Shown: positions 38,601 to 48,816, numbered from the stretch's first letter. The stretch is DNA of 64,000 nt from an uncultured Prevotellaceae bacterium (GCA_900319235.1 ONNR01000001.1:148035-212034); one strand, 5' to 3'. The notes: generated by a model not told the origin, from the letters alone. Made by a program: numbers and translations.

Positions 38601-38921
38601 ATCTTTGCTTCGGCAGGTACAGCACGCTTCCTCAACGACAACAATGTGAAGGCTACTGCAGTATATTGGCCTGATGAGCAGCCCGAGTCGGAGTTGAACG
38701 TGATGAACATGATCGCAGCTCACAAGTTCGACCTCATCATCAACATCCCGAAGAACCATTCGAAGCGCGAGCTGACCAATGGCTATCGCATTCGTCGCGG
38801 TGCCATCGACCACAACATCCCGCTTATGACCAATGCCCGCCTGGCAAGTGCATTCATCGAGGCATTCACCCAGAAGTCGCAGGAGGATATCCAGATCAAG
38901 AGTTGGCAGGAGTACGAGTAA
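35688..38921 (+). CDS. carB: Carbamoyl-phosphate synthase large subunit
   Basis: LGSGALKIGQAGEFDYSG, duplicated ATP-grasp, NPETVSTDYD, C-terminal MGS domain. Confidence 0.98.
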   Translation: MKKKLKKVLVLGSGALKIGQAGEFDYSGSQALKALREEGISSVLVNPNIATIQTSEGIADKVYFLPVNTYYVTEIIKKERPDGILLAFGGQTALNCGTELYLKGVLKEYGVEVLGTSVEAIMNTEDRDLFVKELNKIDAKVPVSHACETLEDALASARKIGYPIMIRSAYALGGLGSGVCPDEATFKEIAESAFTFAPQVLVEESLKGWKEIEFECIRDANDHCFTVASMENFDPLGIHTGESIVVAPTCSLTDEQVKMLQDITIMCVRHLNIVGECNIQFAFNAETNDYRIIEINARLSRSSALASKATGYPLAFVAAKIALGYTLDQIGEMGTTNSAYVAPSLDYMICKIPRWDLTKFVGVSRKIGSSMKSVGEIMSIGRSFEEMLQKGLRMIGQGMHGFVGNDHTRFDNLDEELSNPTDLRIFAIAQALEEGYSIERLYELTKIDPWFIERMKNIVDYKHVLEGYTSLDQLPADVLTKAKVLGFSDFQIARFVLNAHQGSNMEKEVLAVRALRKKLNILPAVKRIPTVASEHPDLTNYLYMTYAVQGHDVNYYSNEKSVVVLGSGAYRIGSSVEFDWCSVNAINTARKLGYKSIMINYNPETVSTDYDMCDRLYFDELSFERVLDVIDLEQPRGVIVSVGGQIPNNLAMKLHRQSVPILGTSPVSIDRAENRSKFSAMLDKLGIDQPKWSALTSMDDVHKFVEEVGYPVLVRPSYVLSGAAMNVCYDDAELKRFLEMASEVSKEYPVVISQFMTETNEIEFDAVAQQGEVVEYAISEHIEYAGVHSGDATMCFPVQNISFATVRQIKKVSRAIAKELNISGPFNIQYLAKGRDLKVIECNLRASRSFPFVSKVLKRNFIDTATRIMLDAPYVKPDKSEFDIDRIGVKASQFSFARLQNADPVLGVDMSSTGEVGCLGDDFDEALLNALIATGYKLPSKDKAIMISSGETKSKVALLDAAAELVKAGYTIFASAGTARFLNDNNVKATAVYWPDEQPESELNVMNMIAAHKFDLIINIPKNHSKRELTNGYRIRRGAIDHNIPLMTNARLASAFIEAFTQKSQEDIQIKSWQEYE

Positions 38922-38946
38922 TCCCTTCATATCCTTTTTTGATAAA

Positions 38947-39984
38947 ATGAGCAAACTTATTATTCCTGCTGATTATAAGCCTGCCCTCAACCTGAAGCAA
39001 ACCGAACAGGCGATCAAGAATATCAAGGATTTCTTTCTGCAGAGCCTGAGCACCGAACTGCGTCTGCGTCGTGTCACCGCCCCCTTGTTCGTCTTAAGGG
39101 GCCTTGGCATGAACGACGACCTGAATGGTGTGGAGCGTGCCGTGAATTTCCCCATCAAGGATATGCAGGAGGCTCGCGCCGAAGTGGTGCACTCGCTGGC
39201 CAAATGGAAACGCAACACACTGGCTGAATACAGCATTGAGGAGGGGTTCGGCATTGTCACTGATATGAATGCCATTCGTGCCGATGAGGAACTCGACAAT
39301 ACCCATTCGCTGTATGTCGACCAGTGGGACTGGGAGCGTGTGATGCGCAAGGAGGATCGCAACGTGAAGTTCCTGAAGAAGATTGTGCGCAAGATCTACA
39401 GCGCCATTCTTCGCACGGAATTCTACATCTGCGAGACCTATCCCACCATCAAGCCGTTCCTGCCTGAGGATATCTTCTTCATCCATGCCGAGCAGTTGCG
39501 TCAGATGTATCCCGATCTGGACCCGAAGGAACGCGAGAACATGATCTGCAAGAAGCATGGCGCCGTGTTCATTATGGGCATTGGTGGCAAGCTTTCCGAC
39601 GGAAAGGAGCACGATATGCGTGCTCCCGACTACGATGACTGGACCACCGAGAACGAAGAAGGATACCTTGGATTGAATGGCGACCTGCTGGTGTGGTATC
39701 CTGTGCTTGGTGCTGCCATGGAACTTTCGTCGATGGGTATCCGTGTGGATGCCGAGGCCTTGCTGCGACAGTTGAAACTGACCAACAAGGAGGAGCGAGT
39801 GAGCCTTTACTTCCACCATCGTCTGCTCGAAGGCGAACTGCCACTGTCGATAGGTGGCGGCATCGGACAGAGCCGTCTTTGCATGATTCTGCTCCACAAG
39901 GCACATATCGGTGAGACTCAGTCGAGCATCTGGCCAAGCGAGATGCGCAGCACTTGTGCCCAGGCCGGTATTCCTTTGATCTGA
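38947..39984 (+). CDS. asnA: Aspartate-ammonia ligase
   Basis: VVHSLAKWKR, HSLYVDQWDWE, RAPDYDDW, GGGIGQSR. Confidence 0.97.
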   Translation: MSKLIIPADYKPALNLKQTEQAIKNIKDFFLQSLSTELRLRRVTAPLFVLRGLGMNDDLNGVERAVNFPIKDMQEARAEVVHSLAKWKRNTLAEYSIEEGFGIVTDMNAIRADEELDNTHSLYVDQWDWERVMRKEDRNVKFLKKIVRKIYSAILRTEFYICETYPTIKPFLPEDIFFIHAEQLRQMYPDLDPKERENMICKKHGAVFIMGIGGKLSDGKEHDMRAPDYDDWTTENEEGYLGLNGDLLVWYPVLGAAMELSSMGIRVDAEALLRQLKLTNKEERVSLYFHHRLLEGELPLSIGGGIGQSRLCMILLHKAHIGETQSSIWPSEMRSTCAQAGIPLI

Positions 39985-39993
39985 TATTACCTA

Positions 39994-40036
39994 TTTAGCC
40001 TCTCCTGTATCATTTATAGGAGAGGCTAAATTCTTT
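39994..40036 (+). terminator. Intrinsic terminator after asnA
   Basis: tttagcctctcctgta...tataggagaggctaaa followed by ttcttt. Confidence 0.8.
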
Positions 40037-40196
40037 CGCATTTTCCTCTAATACCCATTGATTCCCTTTTTTCTTTTACCTGCTGCTGGCTTTTGATACC
40101 ACGCATTAATCCCCTTTTTAAACTTTCCACTATCTACTTTGTCCAAAAGTCGAGAATAAACGAAAAATCATTACTAACCACTAATACATAACGAGT

Positions 40197-41045
40197 ATGA
40201 AAAAGATGTTTGTAACCCTCGCAATCGCCTTGTTGGCCATGAGCCAGGTGTTTGCAATGTCTCATAGCCAGATGCGTGAGACTGCTCGCTTCCTCAGCGA
40301 TCGTATGGCATGGGAGCTCGACATGACTCCTCAGCAGTACGACGATTGCTACGAGATCAACTATGACTTCCTTTTCGCCATCAATCCCATTATGGACGAT
40401 GTGTGCAGGGGTTATCTGTCGGCCATCAATATGTACTATACGTTCCTTGACTGGCGTAATGACGATATGCGTTTCATCCTGAACGCTGTGCAGTACAATC
40501 GTTTCCTCCAGCTTGAGTACTTCTATCGTCCTGTCTATACCTATCGCGGACATTGGAGATTCAGAGTATATCAGATCTACAACAACCCCAAGTTCTACTA
40601 CTTCGATGCTCCCAGCATCTTCAAGGTTTATGTAGGTGGACACAGCCGTAATCACTACTCGGGTGGATTCTATGGCCAGGGCAACAGATACAACCACAAG
40701 GTTGAACCCAAACCCCATAACATCCACGGCTCGTCCCACGAGAGAGATCATTCGCGCCTCGACTTCGGTAACAACCGTCGCGAAGAAGGTGCAAGGCATC
40801 CTATGAACGGCTATAATAACCGCAACCAGGACAATCGCGAGAAGGACAATCGTTACCAGGATCAGCGCAAGGGCCAGAACAAGAATACCCCGCAGATCAA
40901 CAACCGTAGCACCACGCGTGGCGCAACCAATGCTCCTGCCTCAGGCAGCAGCTCAGCCAAGCCCAACAACGGCAATAGCTCCAAGCCTGCTGGAGGTGGC
41001 GGCATCGTAAGCGGTAGCGGTCATTCGAGCTCCGGAAGGAGATAA
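40197..41045 (+). CDS. Secreted hypothetical protein with disordered Gly/Asn/Arg/Ser tail
   Basis: Signal peptide, ARFLSDRMAWEL..YEINYDF helical core, low-complexity C-terminus. Confidence 0.8.
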   Translation: MKKMFVTLAIALLAMSQVFAMSHSQMRETARFLSDRMAWELDMTPQQYDDCYEINYDFLFAINPIMDDVCRGYLSAINMYYTFLDWRNDDMRFILNAVQYNRFLQLEYFYRPVYTYRGHWRFRVYQIYNNPKFYYFDAPSIFKVYVGGHSRNHYSGGFYGQGNRYNHKVEPKPHNIHGSSHERDHSRLDFGNNRREEGARHPMNGYNNRNQDNREKDNRYQDQRKGQNKNTPQINNRSTTRGATNAPASGSSSAKPNNGNSSKPAGGGGIVSGSGHSSSGRR

Positions 41046-41050
41046 GATCT

Positions 41051-41190
41051 CTGGGATTCTAAGGGATATTAAGGGAATCTAAGAGATATTAAGGGACATA
41101 TGTTTATTGAGTCCAAGTATTATTCAGACGAATGTATCGTCCCTTAAAATCCTCAAAAATCCCTTCAAATCCCTAAGTATCCCCCAAAAA
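41051..41190. repeat. Inverted element with 10-bp tandem arms, copy 2
   Basis: (AAGGGATATT)n-AAGGGAC, ~40-bp core, GTCCCTT-(AAAATCCCTT)n. Confidence 0.8.
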
Positions 41191-41191
41191 T

Positions 41192-41221
41192 ATCCCCCGA
41201 CACTTGATTGTGTCGGGGGAT
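41192..41221. terminator. Probable bidirectional terminator
   Basis: atcccccgacac-ttgatt-gtgtcgggggat with T-rich tracts on both strands. Confidence 0.8.
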
Positions 41222-41229
41222 TGTTTTGA

Positions 41230-41454
41230 TTATTCGTCTTTCTCGAAGACGACCTTGTCATCGCTGGATATACTTGAAGATGAATGGCGATGAATGATAC
41301 CAAGAGCCAAAAGTTCGTGAATAATTGAACGTTCCTTTTTGGAATGTGCATGTTTGCCATGCGCAAGTTTGTAAACCTTTTCAGGCCAAACGAGATGTTT
41401 CCACGCCAATTTGAGATAAGCTTTACGATGGCGTGCTCGAACAAATTTGAACAT
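41230..41454 (-). CDS. Putative small basic His-rich protein (74 aa)
   Basis: Starts about 40 bp after the GH105 stop behind an AT-rich leader and ends 8 bp before the terminator hairpin. Confidence 0.45.
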   Translation of the reverse strand: MFKFVRARHRKAYLKLAWKHLVWPEKVYKLAHGKHAHSKKERSIIHELLALGIIHRHSSSSISSDDKVVFEKDE

Positions 41455-41493
41455 AATTAATGAATATTATTTGATAGTGAATAAATAAAACTC

Positions 41494-42723
41494 TTATTTC
41501 AGGACAGGACCATTTTTCTCGGCCAGCAATGAGGCCATGATGTATGGACCTACACCCTTCGGGTCGTTGTCACGAATGATCTCGTTGATGTAGTAGTCGT
41601 AGTCGCCACTGCGATAAGGAGTGCCACCGAGACCTGCAACGCCGCAGATGCGAGTTAGGCTGATGGTGCCTGTAGGATTGCCTTGTCCATCGACATCTTC
41701 GCAGATGAAGTTCTCGTTCAATCCTTCCCATATCTTATAGCCTTTTTCCCAATACTCAATGGGAAGAACCCCGAGGAGCGCACCCTTCATGAAGGTGTAA
41801 GCAAACATTGCTGTGCACGAAGCCTCGTCGTAGTTGCCTTCACGACCCGTCTGGTCGATGACCTGCTGCCAGGCCATTGAGGGCTGCTGATAGGTGAGGA
41901 GTTTTTCGCAAAGTGGCTGGAGCAGCGAGATGATGCTGTCGCGACCACTATAGTCGGTGGGAAGGAATCCGAGAACATCGACCATGGCCATGGTGTACCA
42001 ACCCAATGCACGACCCCAAACGTGTGGAGCCTGACCAGTCTCCGGATCAGCCCATTTCTGCTCGTGCTTCTCGTCCCATGCGTGGCGATATAGACCATTG
42101 GCAGGATCATAGGTGTGACGTGCCACTACCATAAACTGGTTGACCACGTCGTCATAAGCCTTCTGCTGGGCTTCACCTGTGAGGAACCGCTTGGCATATT
42201 CGGCATAGTAGGGAGCCTCCATATAGATGCCATCGAGCCACATCTGCCAAGGATAGGCCTTCTTGTGCCAGAAACCGCCTTCGCTCACACGAGGATGACT
42301 CTGCAACTGCAGATAGAGAGTATCGAGAGCCAGGCGCATCTGTGGCTCGTGCCATTTGTCGTAGGCCATCATAAGCATCTTGCCGGCATTGATGTGGTCT
42401 AGCGTGTAGTTGCTCAGCTTATATCGCTCGATGCGACCATCCTTGTGGATGATGGTATCGACATAATGACGCACATAGGGATCGACCACTTCTGCCAACT
42501 CGGGATACTGCTGGGCTGCCATCAGCATAGACTGCATCAACAGTCCGTGGGTGTAGTTCCATTTCAGCTGGGTGTTGTAGTCGATGGTTACACAATCGGG
42601 ATTGCGAGCGATTTCGGAACGAACCATACGTACAGAGTATGGTTCAGGTTCAGCAACCTTGCTGGTACAACTATTCAAGGTCGGAATAATCAAAAGACCT
42701 AATAGCGGAAGAATCTTTTTCAT
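41494..42723 (-). CDS. GH105 (GH88-like) unsaturated rhamnogalacturonyl hydrolase, lipoprotein
   Basis: KWNYTHGL, GGFWHK, MWLDGIYM, WGRALGW, EASCTAM, NDPKGVG. Confidence 0.92.
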   Translation of the reverse strand: MKKILPLLGLLIIPTLNSCTSKVAEPEPYSVRMVRSEIARNPDCVTIDYNTQLKWNYTHGLLMQSMLMAAQQYPELAEVVDPYVRHYVDTIIHKDGRIERYKLSNYTLDHINAGKMLMMAYDKWHEPQMRLALDTLYLQLQSHPRVSEGGFWHKKAYPWQMWLDGIYMEAPYYAEYAKRFLTGEAQQKAYDDVVNQFMVVARHTYDPANGLYRHAWDEKHEQKWADPETGQAPHVWGRALGWYTMAMVDVLGFLPTDYSGRDSIISLLQPLCEKLLTYQQPSMAWQQVIDQTGREGNYDEASCTAMFAYTFMKGALLGVLPIEYWEKGYKIWEGLNENFICEDVDGQGNPTGTISLTRICGVAGLGGTPYRSGDYDYYINEIIRDNDPKGVGPYIMASLLAEKNGPVLK

Positions 42724-42813
42724 TATTGTAAAAGGTGTTATATAATTAATCTTGCTGAATATAGTAGCTATAGTAAATTTAGTGACGAAAGGAATTCTAG
42801 TAACTATAATAAT

Positions 42814-44733
42814 TTACTTTACGGGATTCCAGTTATCGTAGCCCTTCAATACTTCGGCTGCAGTGAAGCGTTCAACCATATTGCTGGTGAGCTGCTTCGA
42901 CCAAGCGACACGCTGCTTAGGTTGTGCTCCTGCACCCTTCGAATTGTATTCGGCATAGAAAGCTGTGGCTGAGCCATCAGCACCAGTCTCCTTGTTGGGC
43001 CATGTCTGCCACCCTTGTGGGCGCACGCATTCGTCCATAGTACAAATGACAAAGACAGTCTGTGCGTAGTGTCGCCAAGGACGACCTAAGTAGGTCTGGA
43101 CACCAGGTTCGGCGGTGATGTGGCACTCGTTGAAGACATAACCATAGGTCTGTCCTTGAGGAGTAGCAGCTGCCGTAACATATCCATCGCCCAGGCAATG
43201 AAGTTCGCAACGATTGAAGTAGGCGGTAGCCCAGCCGAAGATGTAATCGACAGTGCCTGCAATATAGCAATCCTCGTAATACTGACGCGACTGCATATTT
43301 TCGGGGATACGTTGTGTTTTAGCTGCTGCCACTGCCTCGGGAGTCTTGGGGTCGGACTTGCGACCATAGGCGTAGAGTGTGTCCTGATGACCAAGGAACT
43401 TGCAGCGACGGAAGACAACGCAATCACCAGCAACAAGCACGGCAACTGCCTGGCCTACGCCACGTCCACCTTGTGCATAGGATTCGTTGGAGGCAGTGTT
43501 CTCAAACACAATGCCAATGGCTTCGAAGTAGGGCGCATAGATATAGGCTGTCGAGGAGCCTGAAGTTCCAAGTTTGCGACCTGTTACGAGCGAAGTCTTT
43601 CCAGCATAATCATCGTTGGTGATGATCACCTCGCCTTCGGTGCGCGCTATCAGCGTCATATGGCTCTTCGACTCAGGCACTACCAGTTTCTCCTTGTAGG
43701 TGCCTGGTGCAATCATAATTTTGATTTCTTCACTATTGTAGTCGGGGACGGCGTTGATGGCTTCCTGTACAGTCATAAAGTCACCCGAACCATCCTTTGC
43801 AACTACCAGTTCATATTTGCGGATGAAAGGTTTGAGGGCTGGAACGGCTTCGCCAATGGCATCGATGGTGGCTGCACACATCTTGCGTGCTCCGCTAATG
43901 CGAAGGTGAGTGTTGTCCTCTCGTCCCTTGGGTGCAGCGGCGTAAGTGTTGGCCGGAAGCCAGCAGAAGAGATCCTTCGACCCTTCAACACCTTCGCCCA
44001 GAATGACTTTCTTAGAGATGGCATTCATTTCGACAAAAGGAACCTTCATCTCCTTGGCAATGCGACGAGGTGCTTCGAGATAGTCATCAACAGTGCCGTC
44101 ACCACGAGTGATGATGTGAGTTTCGACCAAAGAATCGCCTTCGGTCTTCAAGGTGATGCCTTTTCCGAAGAGGTCATCCTCCTCGGCTGCATTCTGGTTT
44201 TCAAAGAAACTACGACGTGCGATGCTGTTGAACAGCACAGGAATTCCTCCTTTTTCGCGCGTTTCGTTGACAAATTTGCGAAGGTTGTCGTCGAACGATG
44301 CGGGACGACCCCATTGGTCAGGACAAAGGGGTGGCTCGGGAGTGCCGGGACGTGTGCCACGATTCTCTGACTTGATCTTCTCGTCATTGTGGCCGAACTG
44401 TATGAATACGTAGTCGCCCGGCTTGATGGCATCATAGACCTTTTGCCATTCGCCTTCGAGGATGAACGAGAGCGAGCTGCGTCCGTTGAGCGCGTGATTG
44501 TCAACACGAATGTCGTCAGTGAAGAATCCCGATAACATTTGGCCCCAGCCACGTTCCTGATTGTTGCCGTCGAGGGGCTTGTTGGCCATAGTAGAGTCAC
44601 CAATCATAAAAATGGTGATTGGGCGTTTGGTGTCGGCACTTGTGAGTGACAACATCAGCACAACTGCTGCGAGACATAGCCACCAGGTGCTGGTCGGCTT
44701 CAGATGTCGGAAAAGTGAGTGTAAAGCATTCAT
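42814..44733 (-). CDS. Bifunctional CE12 acetylesterase / CE8 pectin methylesterase
   Basis: GDSTM, QFGHND, DNTH (SGNH); QAVA, GHQDTLY, GTVDYIFG, LGRPW (CE8). Confidence 0.92.
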   Translation of the reverse strand: MNALHSLFRHLKPTSTWWLCLAAVVLMLSLTSADTKRPITIFMIGDSTMANKPLDGNNQERGWGQMLSGFFTDDIRVDNHALNGRSSLSFILEGEWQKVYDAIKPGDYVFIQFGHNDEKIKSENRGTRPGTPEPPLCPDQWGRPASFDDNLRKFVNETREKGGIPVLFNSIARRSFFENQNAAEEDDLFGKGITLKTEGDSLVETHIITRGDGTVDDYLEAPRRIAKEMKVPFVEMNAISKKVILGEGVEGSKDLFCWLPANTYAAAPKGREDNTHLRISGARKMCAATIDAIGEAVPALKPFIRKYELVVAKDGSGDFMTVQEAINAVPDYNSEEIKIMIAPGTYKEKLVVPESKSHMTLIARTEGEVIITNDDYAGKTSLVTGRKLGTSGSSTAYIYAPYFEAIGIVFENTASNESYAQGGRGVGQAVAVLVAGDCVVFRRCKFLGHQDTLYAYGRKSDPKTPEAVAAAKTQRIPENMQSRQYYEDCYIAGTVDYIFGWATAYFNRCELHCLGDGYVTAAATPQGQTYGYVFNECHITAEPGVQTYLGRPWRHYAQTVFVICTMDECVRPQGWQTWPNKETGADGSATAFYAEYNSKGAGAQPKQRVAWSKQLTSNMVERFTAAEVLKGYDNWNPVK

Positions 44734-44738
44734 GTGTT

Positions 44739-46340
44739 TTATTTCGATTTTAGCAGTTCCTTGTATCGGTGTTCATCATTAATGATAGCCATCCCTGCAT
44801 TGAAGACGTCGGATGTATGATTCATGATGCGACTGTAGGCACCTTGTTCATATAAGTCGTTGGCTAGGTAGGCAGCTACCTGGCTACGGAAAATCTCGTT
44901 GGTGTAAAGTGAGTCGAGCTCGTTGCTTTGGGCACTATCCTTGCGTGCCTGTTCGATAATGCCACCGACCATCTCGTCGGTCACCTTGAAGCCTGACTTT
45001 TCGTTGAGGAAATCTTCGATTGTAGGATACTGCTGATGCAGTTCCTGCTGGTGAGCCTTGAAATACTGGACAATAAACCTATTGAGCGAACCTTTCGCAT
45101 TCACGGCACGATGAGATTTCGTATAGGTGGTAGTGTCGAGGGGTACGAAGATATCGGGCATTATACCACCGCCACCATAGACGACACGTCCATTGCGTGT
45201 GTAGCATTTGAGCGAGTCGGCGAAGTCGATGCTATCGGCACTCTGCAGTTCGCCCTGCTTGAAACGATTGAGGAGGTCTTCGTTGTAACTCTTTTGATCA
45301 CCTTTGGTGTATGGCTTCTGAATGCAACGGCCAGATGGTGTATAATAATGTGAGATGGTGAGACGTATCATACCACCATTGGGCATACGAACGGGACTTT
45401 GGACAAGACCCTTGCCGAAGGAACGACGTCCTACTATCACTCCACGATCGAGATCCTGCAGACATCCAGCAAGAATCTCTGAAGCCGAAGCGCTCTGTTC
45501 GTTGATGAGCACAACCACACGTCCCTTGAAGTGGTCGAAGAGATGACGAGTGAGGTAGTTGCGCTTTCCATCGCTGCGGCCTTCGGTATATACAACGAGT
45601 TCGGAGGAGGGAAGCAAGAAGTCGGCAAGTTCGACGGCAGAATTGAGATAACCGCCGCCATTGTCCTGCAGATCAATGATCAGATGCTTCATACCCTGTT
45701 CGTCAAGTTTGCCCATTGCCTTGTCGAACTCCTCGGGTGTGGTTTGAGCAAATCGAGAGAGACGTATGTATCCGATCTCAGGAGCAGCCATATATGAAGC
45801 ATCGATACTATAGACAGGAATCTTATCGCGTTCAACCTTGAACCACAATAATTCACGCTCTCCTTGACGCATTATACCCAAATCAACCACAGAGCCTTTT
45901 GGGCCGCGTAAACGGCGCTGTATCTCGTTGGTATTAAATTTTAGACCAGCAATGGTCGAATCTCCAACCATAATAATGCGATCGCCAGCAAGAATACCGA
46001 CCTTTTCTGAAGGGCCTCCAGTCACCGTATTGATCACGAGGAGGGTGTCGTTTTCCATTTGGTAGCGCACTCCAATACCTTCGAACGAGCCGCCCAAGCC
46101 CTCGTTCATCTGCTCCACCTCCTTCGGTGAAAGATAAGTCGAGTGGGGGTCAAGCTCCTTGAGCATGGCCTTGATTGCCGTTTCTGTCAGCGCATCAACG
46201 TTTACTGTATCGACATAACGACTGTCGAGACAGAGCAATGCGCTGTTGAATGTCTTCATGCTGTTGTAGATGTCAGCCTTTGCGTTGGCTGCACATAGCA
46301 GGAAACATACGATTATGACGAGTTTATAAATTTGCTTCAT
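44739..46340 (-). CDS. S41 C-terminal processing peptidase
   Basis: LDPHS, PDZ GIGV, DLQDNGGG, SASASE, FGKG. Confidence 0.94.
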   Translation of the reverse strand: MKQIYKLVIIVCFLLCAANAKADIYNSMKTFNSALLCLDSRYVDTVNVDALTETAIKAMLKELDPHSTYLSPKEVEQMNEGLGGSFEGIGVRYQMENDTLLVINTVTGGPSEKVGILAGDRIIMVGDSTIAGLKFNTNEIQRRLRGPKGSVVDLGIMRQGERELLWFKVERDKIPVYSIDASYMAAPEIGYIRLSRFAQTTPEEFDKAMGKLDEQGMKHLIIDLQDNGGGYLNSAVELADFLLPSSELVVYTEGRSDGKRNYLTRHLFDHFKGRVVVLINEQSASASEILAGCLQDLDRGVIVGRRSFGKGLVQSPVRMPNGGMIRLTISHYYTPSGRCIQKPYTKGDQKSYNEDLLNRFKQGELQSADSIDFADSLKCYTRNGRVVYGGGGIMPDIFVPLDTTTYTKSHRAVNAKGSLNRFIVQYFKAHQQELHQQYPTIEDFLNEKSGFKVTDEMVGGIIEQARKDSAQSNELDSLYTNEIFRSQVAAYLANDLYEQGAYSRIMNHTSDVFNAGMAIINDEHRYKELLKSK

Positions 46341-46376
46341 TCAAGTTTGGCTTTTCTCAGCTTGTTGGCTTTATGA

Positions 46377-46871
46377 TCAACCGAAGAACGGTTCGTTCTG
46401 TTGCTTGACCTTGGAAAGAGGCGGGAACCCTTCGGGCATAAAGTCGGAGACATCCTTGCCGAAGGAGAGGAGTTCGCGGACGGTGGTCGAAGTGATATGT
46501 GCCATGGCAGGTTCGTTGAAGAGCAGGATGGTCTCGATGCCCGTCAGGTGTCGGTTGACATCGGCCAGCGAACGTTCATACTCGAAGTCGATCACCGTAC
46601 GTACACCACGAAGGATGTGCGAACATCCCAATTCGTTTGCTATATCGGTGGTAAGTGTCGTATAGGAAATGACAGAAACACGCGGTTCCTCTTCATAGAA
46701 GTCGCTGATCATTTTCACTCGCTCTTCGACGGTGAACATACCTGTATTGCCTTTCAGGCCATTGTAGCCCACAGCGATAACAATTGCGTCGCTGAAGTCG
46801 AGTGCACGTCGTACGATGCTCTCGTGTCCTTTGGTAAAGGGGTCGAACGAACCCGGGAAAATAAGTTTCAT
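46377..46871 (-). CDS. coaD: Phosphopantetheine adenylyltransferase
   Basis: FPGSFDPFTKGH, RGVR...DFEYE, ITSTTVRE. Confidence 0.96.
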   Translation of the reverse strand: MKLIFPGSFDPFTKGHESIVRRALDFSDAIVIAVGYNGLKGNTGMFTVEERVKMISDFYEEEPRVSVISYTTLTTDIANELGCSHILRGVRTVIDFEYERSLADVNRHLTGIETILLFNEPAMAHITSTTVRELLSFGKDVSDFMPEGFPPLSKVKQQNEPFFG

Positions 46872-46879
46872 GATTTTAA

Positions 46880-48775
46880 TTATGCTTCATCTAACTCGAT
46901 GACGAGATTGTTGATAATGAACTCCTGACGTTCCATCGTGTTCTTGCCCATATAATATTCGAGCATCTCGTGAACGGCATCTTCCTTGCGAAGCATCACG
47001 GTGTCGAGTCGCATATCTTCGCCAATGAAATTCTTGAACTCGTCGGGACTGATTTCGCCCAAACCCTTGAATCGTGTAATCTCGGCTGTAGCACCACACT
47101 CCTTGATTGCGGCTTCACGTTCTTCGTCGGTATAACAATAACGACAAATCTTCTTGTTGCGAACTCTGAAGAGTGGTGTCTGCAGGATATATACATGGCC
47201 TTTTCGCACTAGTTCGGGGAAGAACTGCAGGAAGAAGGTCATCATGAGCAGACGGATGTGCATACCATCGACATCAGCATCGGTAGCAATGATAACCTTG
47301 TTGTAGCGAAGGCCATCCAGGCCATCTTCAATATTGAGTGCAGCCTGCAGCAAGTTGAATTCCTCGTTTTCGTAGCAAACCTTCTTGGTCATGCCGAAGC
47401 AATTGAGCGGTTTGCCACGAAGGGAAAATACGGCTTGTGTCTCGACATTGCGGCTCTTGGTAATCGATCCCGAAGCAGAATCTCCCTCGGTGATGAAGAT
47501 GCACGATTCGTCTTGTCGTGTACCCTTTGGGTCGTTGTAATGAATGTGGCAGTCGCGCAACTTGCGATTGTGCAGACTGATTTTCTTTGCACGTTCCTTG
47601 GCCTGCTTCGAGAGGCCTGCGAGTTCCTTGCGTTCGCGTTCGTTCGACTGGATCTTTGAGAGCATCACTTCGGCAATCTCTGGTTCGCGATGCATAAAGT
47701 TGTCGAGTTCGCGCTTCAGAAAGTCGCCAACAAACTTCTGAATTGTAATGTCCTCAGGATTGGGCGACATTCGAGTCGATCCCAGCTTCGTCTTTGTCTG
47801 TGCCTCGAAAACCGGCTCCTGCACCTTGATGGCAATAGCAGCCACCATACCATTGCGGATATCGCTGTATTCGAAGTTCTTTTGACTGAAGAACTCCTTG
47901 ATGACGCGAGCTGTCGCCTCCTTGAATGCTGCGAGATGTGTGCCTCCAAGGCTGGTATACTGTCCGTTTACGAACGAATAGTATTGCTCTCCATAACTGT
48001 TGCAGTGAGTGATTACAACCTCGATGTCGTCGCCCAATAGATGAATGGGCTCGTAGAGCGGTTGCATCTCCATACGAGCATTGAGCAGGTCGGCAAGACC
48101 GTTTTTCGAGATGTATCGTTTGCCGTTCAAGATAAGGGCAAGGCCGATGTTCAGGTAACAATAGTTGTGAAGAAGTGTCTCCACAAACTCCATACGGAAC
48201 CTGTAGTTGGTAAAAATGGAGTTGTCGGGAACAAACTCAATGTAAGTACCATTGGGTTCATCAGTAGGAACAATCTCGCTTTCGTGAATCTTCTTGGCGG
48301 CAGCATAGGTGATCTCCTTCTTCTCGCCATTACGGCAGGAACGTACGAAGAAGAAGCTCGACAATGCATTTACAGCTTTCAGACCAACGCCGTTCAGGCC
48401 TACAGACTTCTTGAAGACAGAAGTGTCGTATTTTCCACCGGTATTGATTTCGCTTACACAGGCATCCACTTTGCCAAGAGGAATGCCGCGTCCGTAATCT
48501 CTTACTGACACGTGCCCTTCATCGCTGACCTTGACCTCAATCATCTTGCCGAACCCCATTGCATACTCGTCGATGGAGTTGTCGATCACCTCTTTCAGAA
48601 GGATGTAAATGCCATCGTCGGCATGTGAACCATCGCCTTGTTTGCCGATATACATACCAGGTCGGCGGCGTATGTGTTCGGTCCATTCAAGGTGCTGTAT
48701 CTTGTCATCGCCATAGTCAGCAATGGCTTTGGCTTGGGCAAGTTGTTCGTCAAGATTATTTTGTGAATCTGTCAT
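46880..48775 (-). CDS. parE: DNA topoisomerase IV subunit B
   Basis: [43 protein letters not shown]; Bacteroidetes ParE-type length and context. Confidence 0.92.
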   Translation of the reverse strand: MTDSQNNLDEQLAQAKAIADYGDDKIQHLEWTEHIRRRPGMYIGKQGDGSHADDGIYILLKEVIDNSIDEYAMGFGKMIEVKVSDEGHVSVRDYGRGIPLGKVDACVSEINTGGKYDTSVFKKSVGLNGVGLKAVNALSSFFFVRSCRNGEKKEITYAAAKKIHESEIVPTDEPNGTYIEFVPDNSIFTNYRFRMEFVETLLHNYCYLNIGLALILNGKRYISKNGLADLLNARMEMQPLYEPIHLLGDDIEVVITHCNSYGEQYYSFVNGQYTSLGGTHLAAFKEATARVIKEFFSQKNFEYSDIRNGMVAAIAIKVQEPVFEAQTKTKLGSTRMSPNPEDITIQKFVGDFLKRELDNFMHREPEIAEVMLSKIQSNERERKELAGLSKQAKERAKKISLHNRKLRDCHIHYNDPKGTRQDESCIFITEGDSASGSITKSRNVETQAVFSLRGKPLNCFGMTKKVCYENEEFNLLQAALNIEDGLDGLRYNKVIIATDADVDGMHIRLLMMTFFLQFFPELVRKGHVYILQTPLFRVRNKKICRYCYTDEEREAAIKECGATAEITRFKGLGEISPDEFKNFIGEDMRLDTVMLRKEDAVHEMLEYYMGKNTMERQEFIINNLVIELDEA

Positions 48776-48816
48776 ATTAACGATAAGTCAATCGTAGATG
48801 TCTGTATATTTGGGTG

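Noticed and set aside
41124..41444. 106-aa minus-strand ORF
   Set aside because: Runs through the terminator and the 10-bp repeat arm; the 74-aa frame fits the gene boundaries better.
42814..44733. CE12-CE8 fusion as a novelty
   Set aside because: This bifunctional pectin esterase architecture is already known in Bacteroides and Prevotella.
46880..48775. parE without adjacent parC as an anomaly
   Set aside because: Unlinked parE next to coaD and an S41 peptidase is an ordinary Bacteroidales arrangement.
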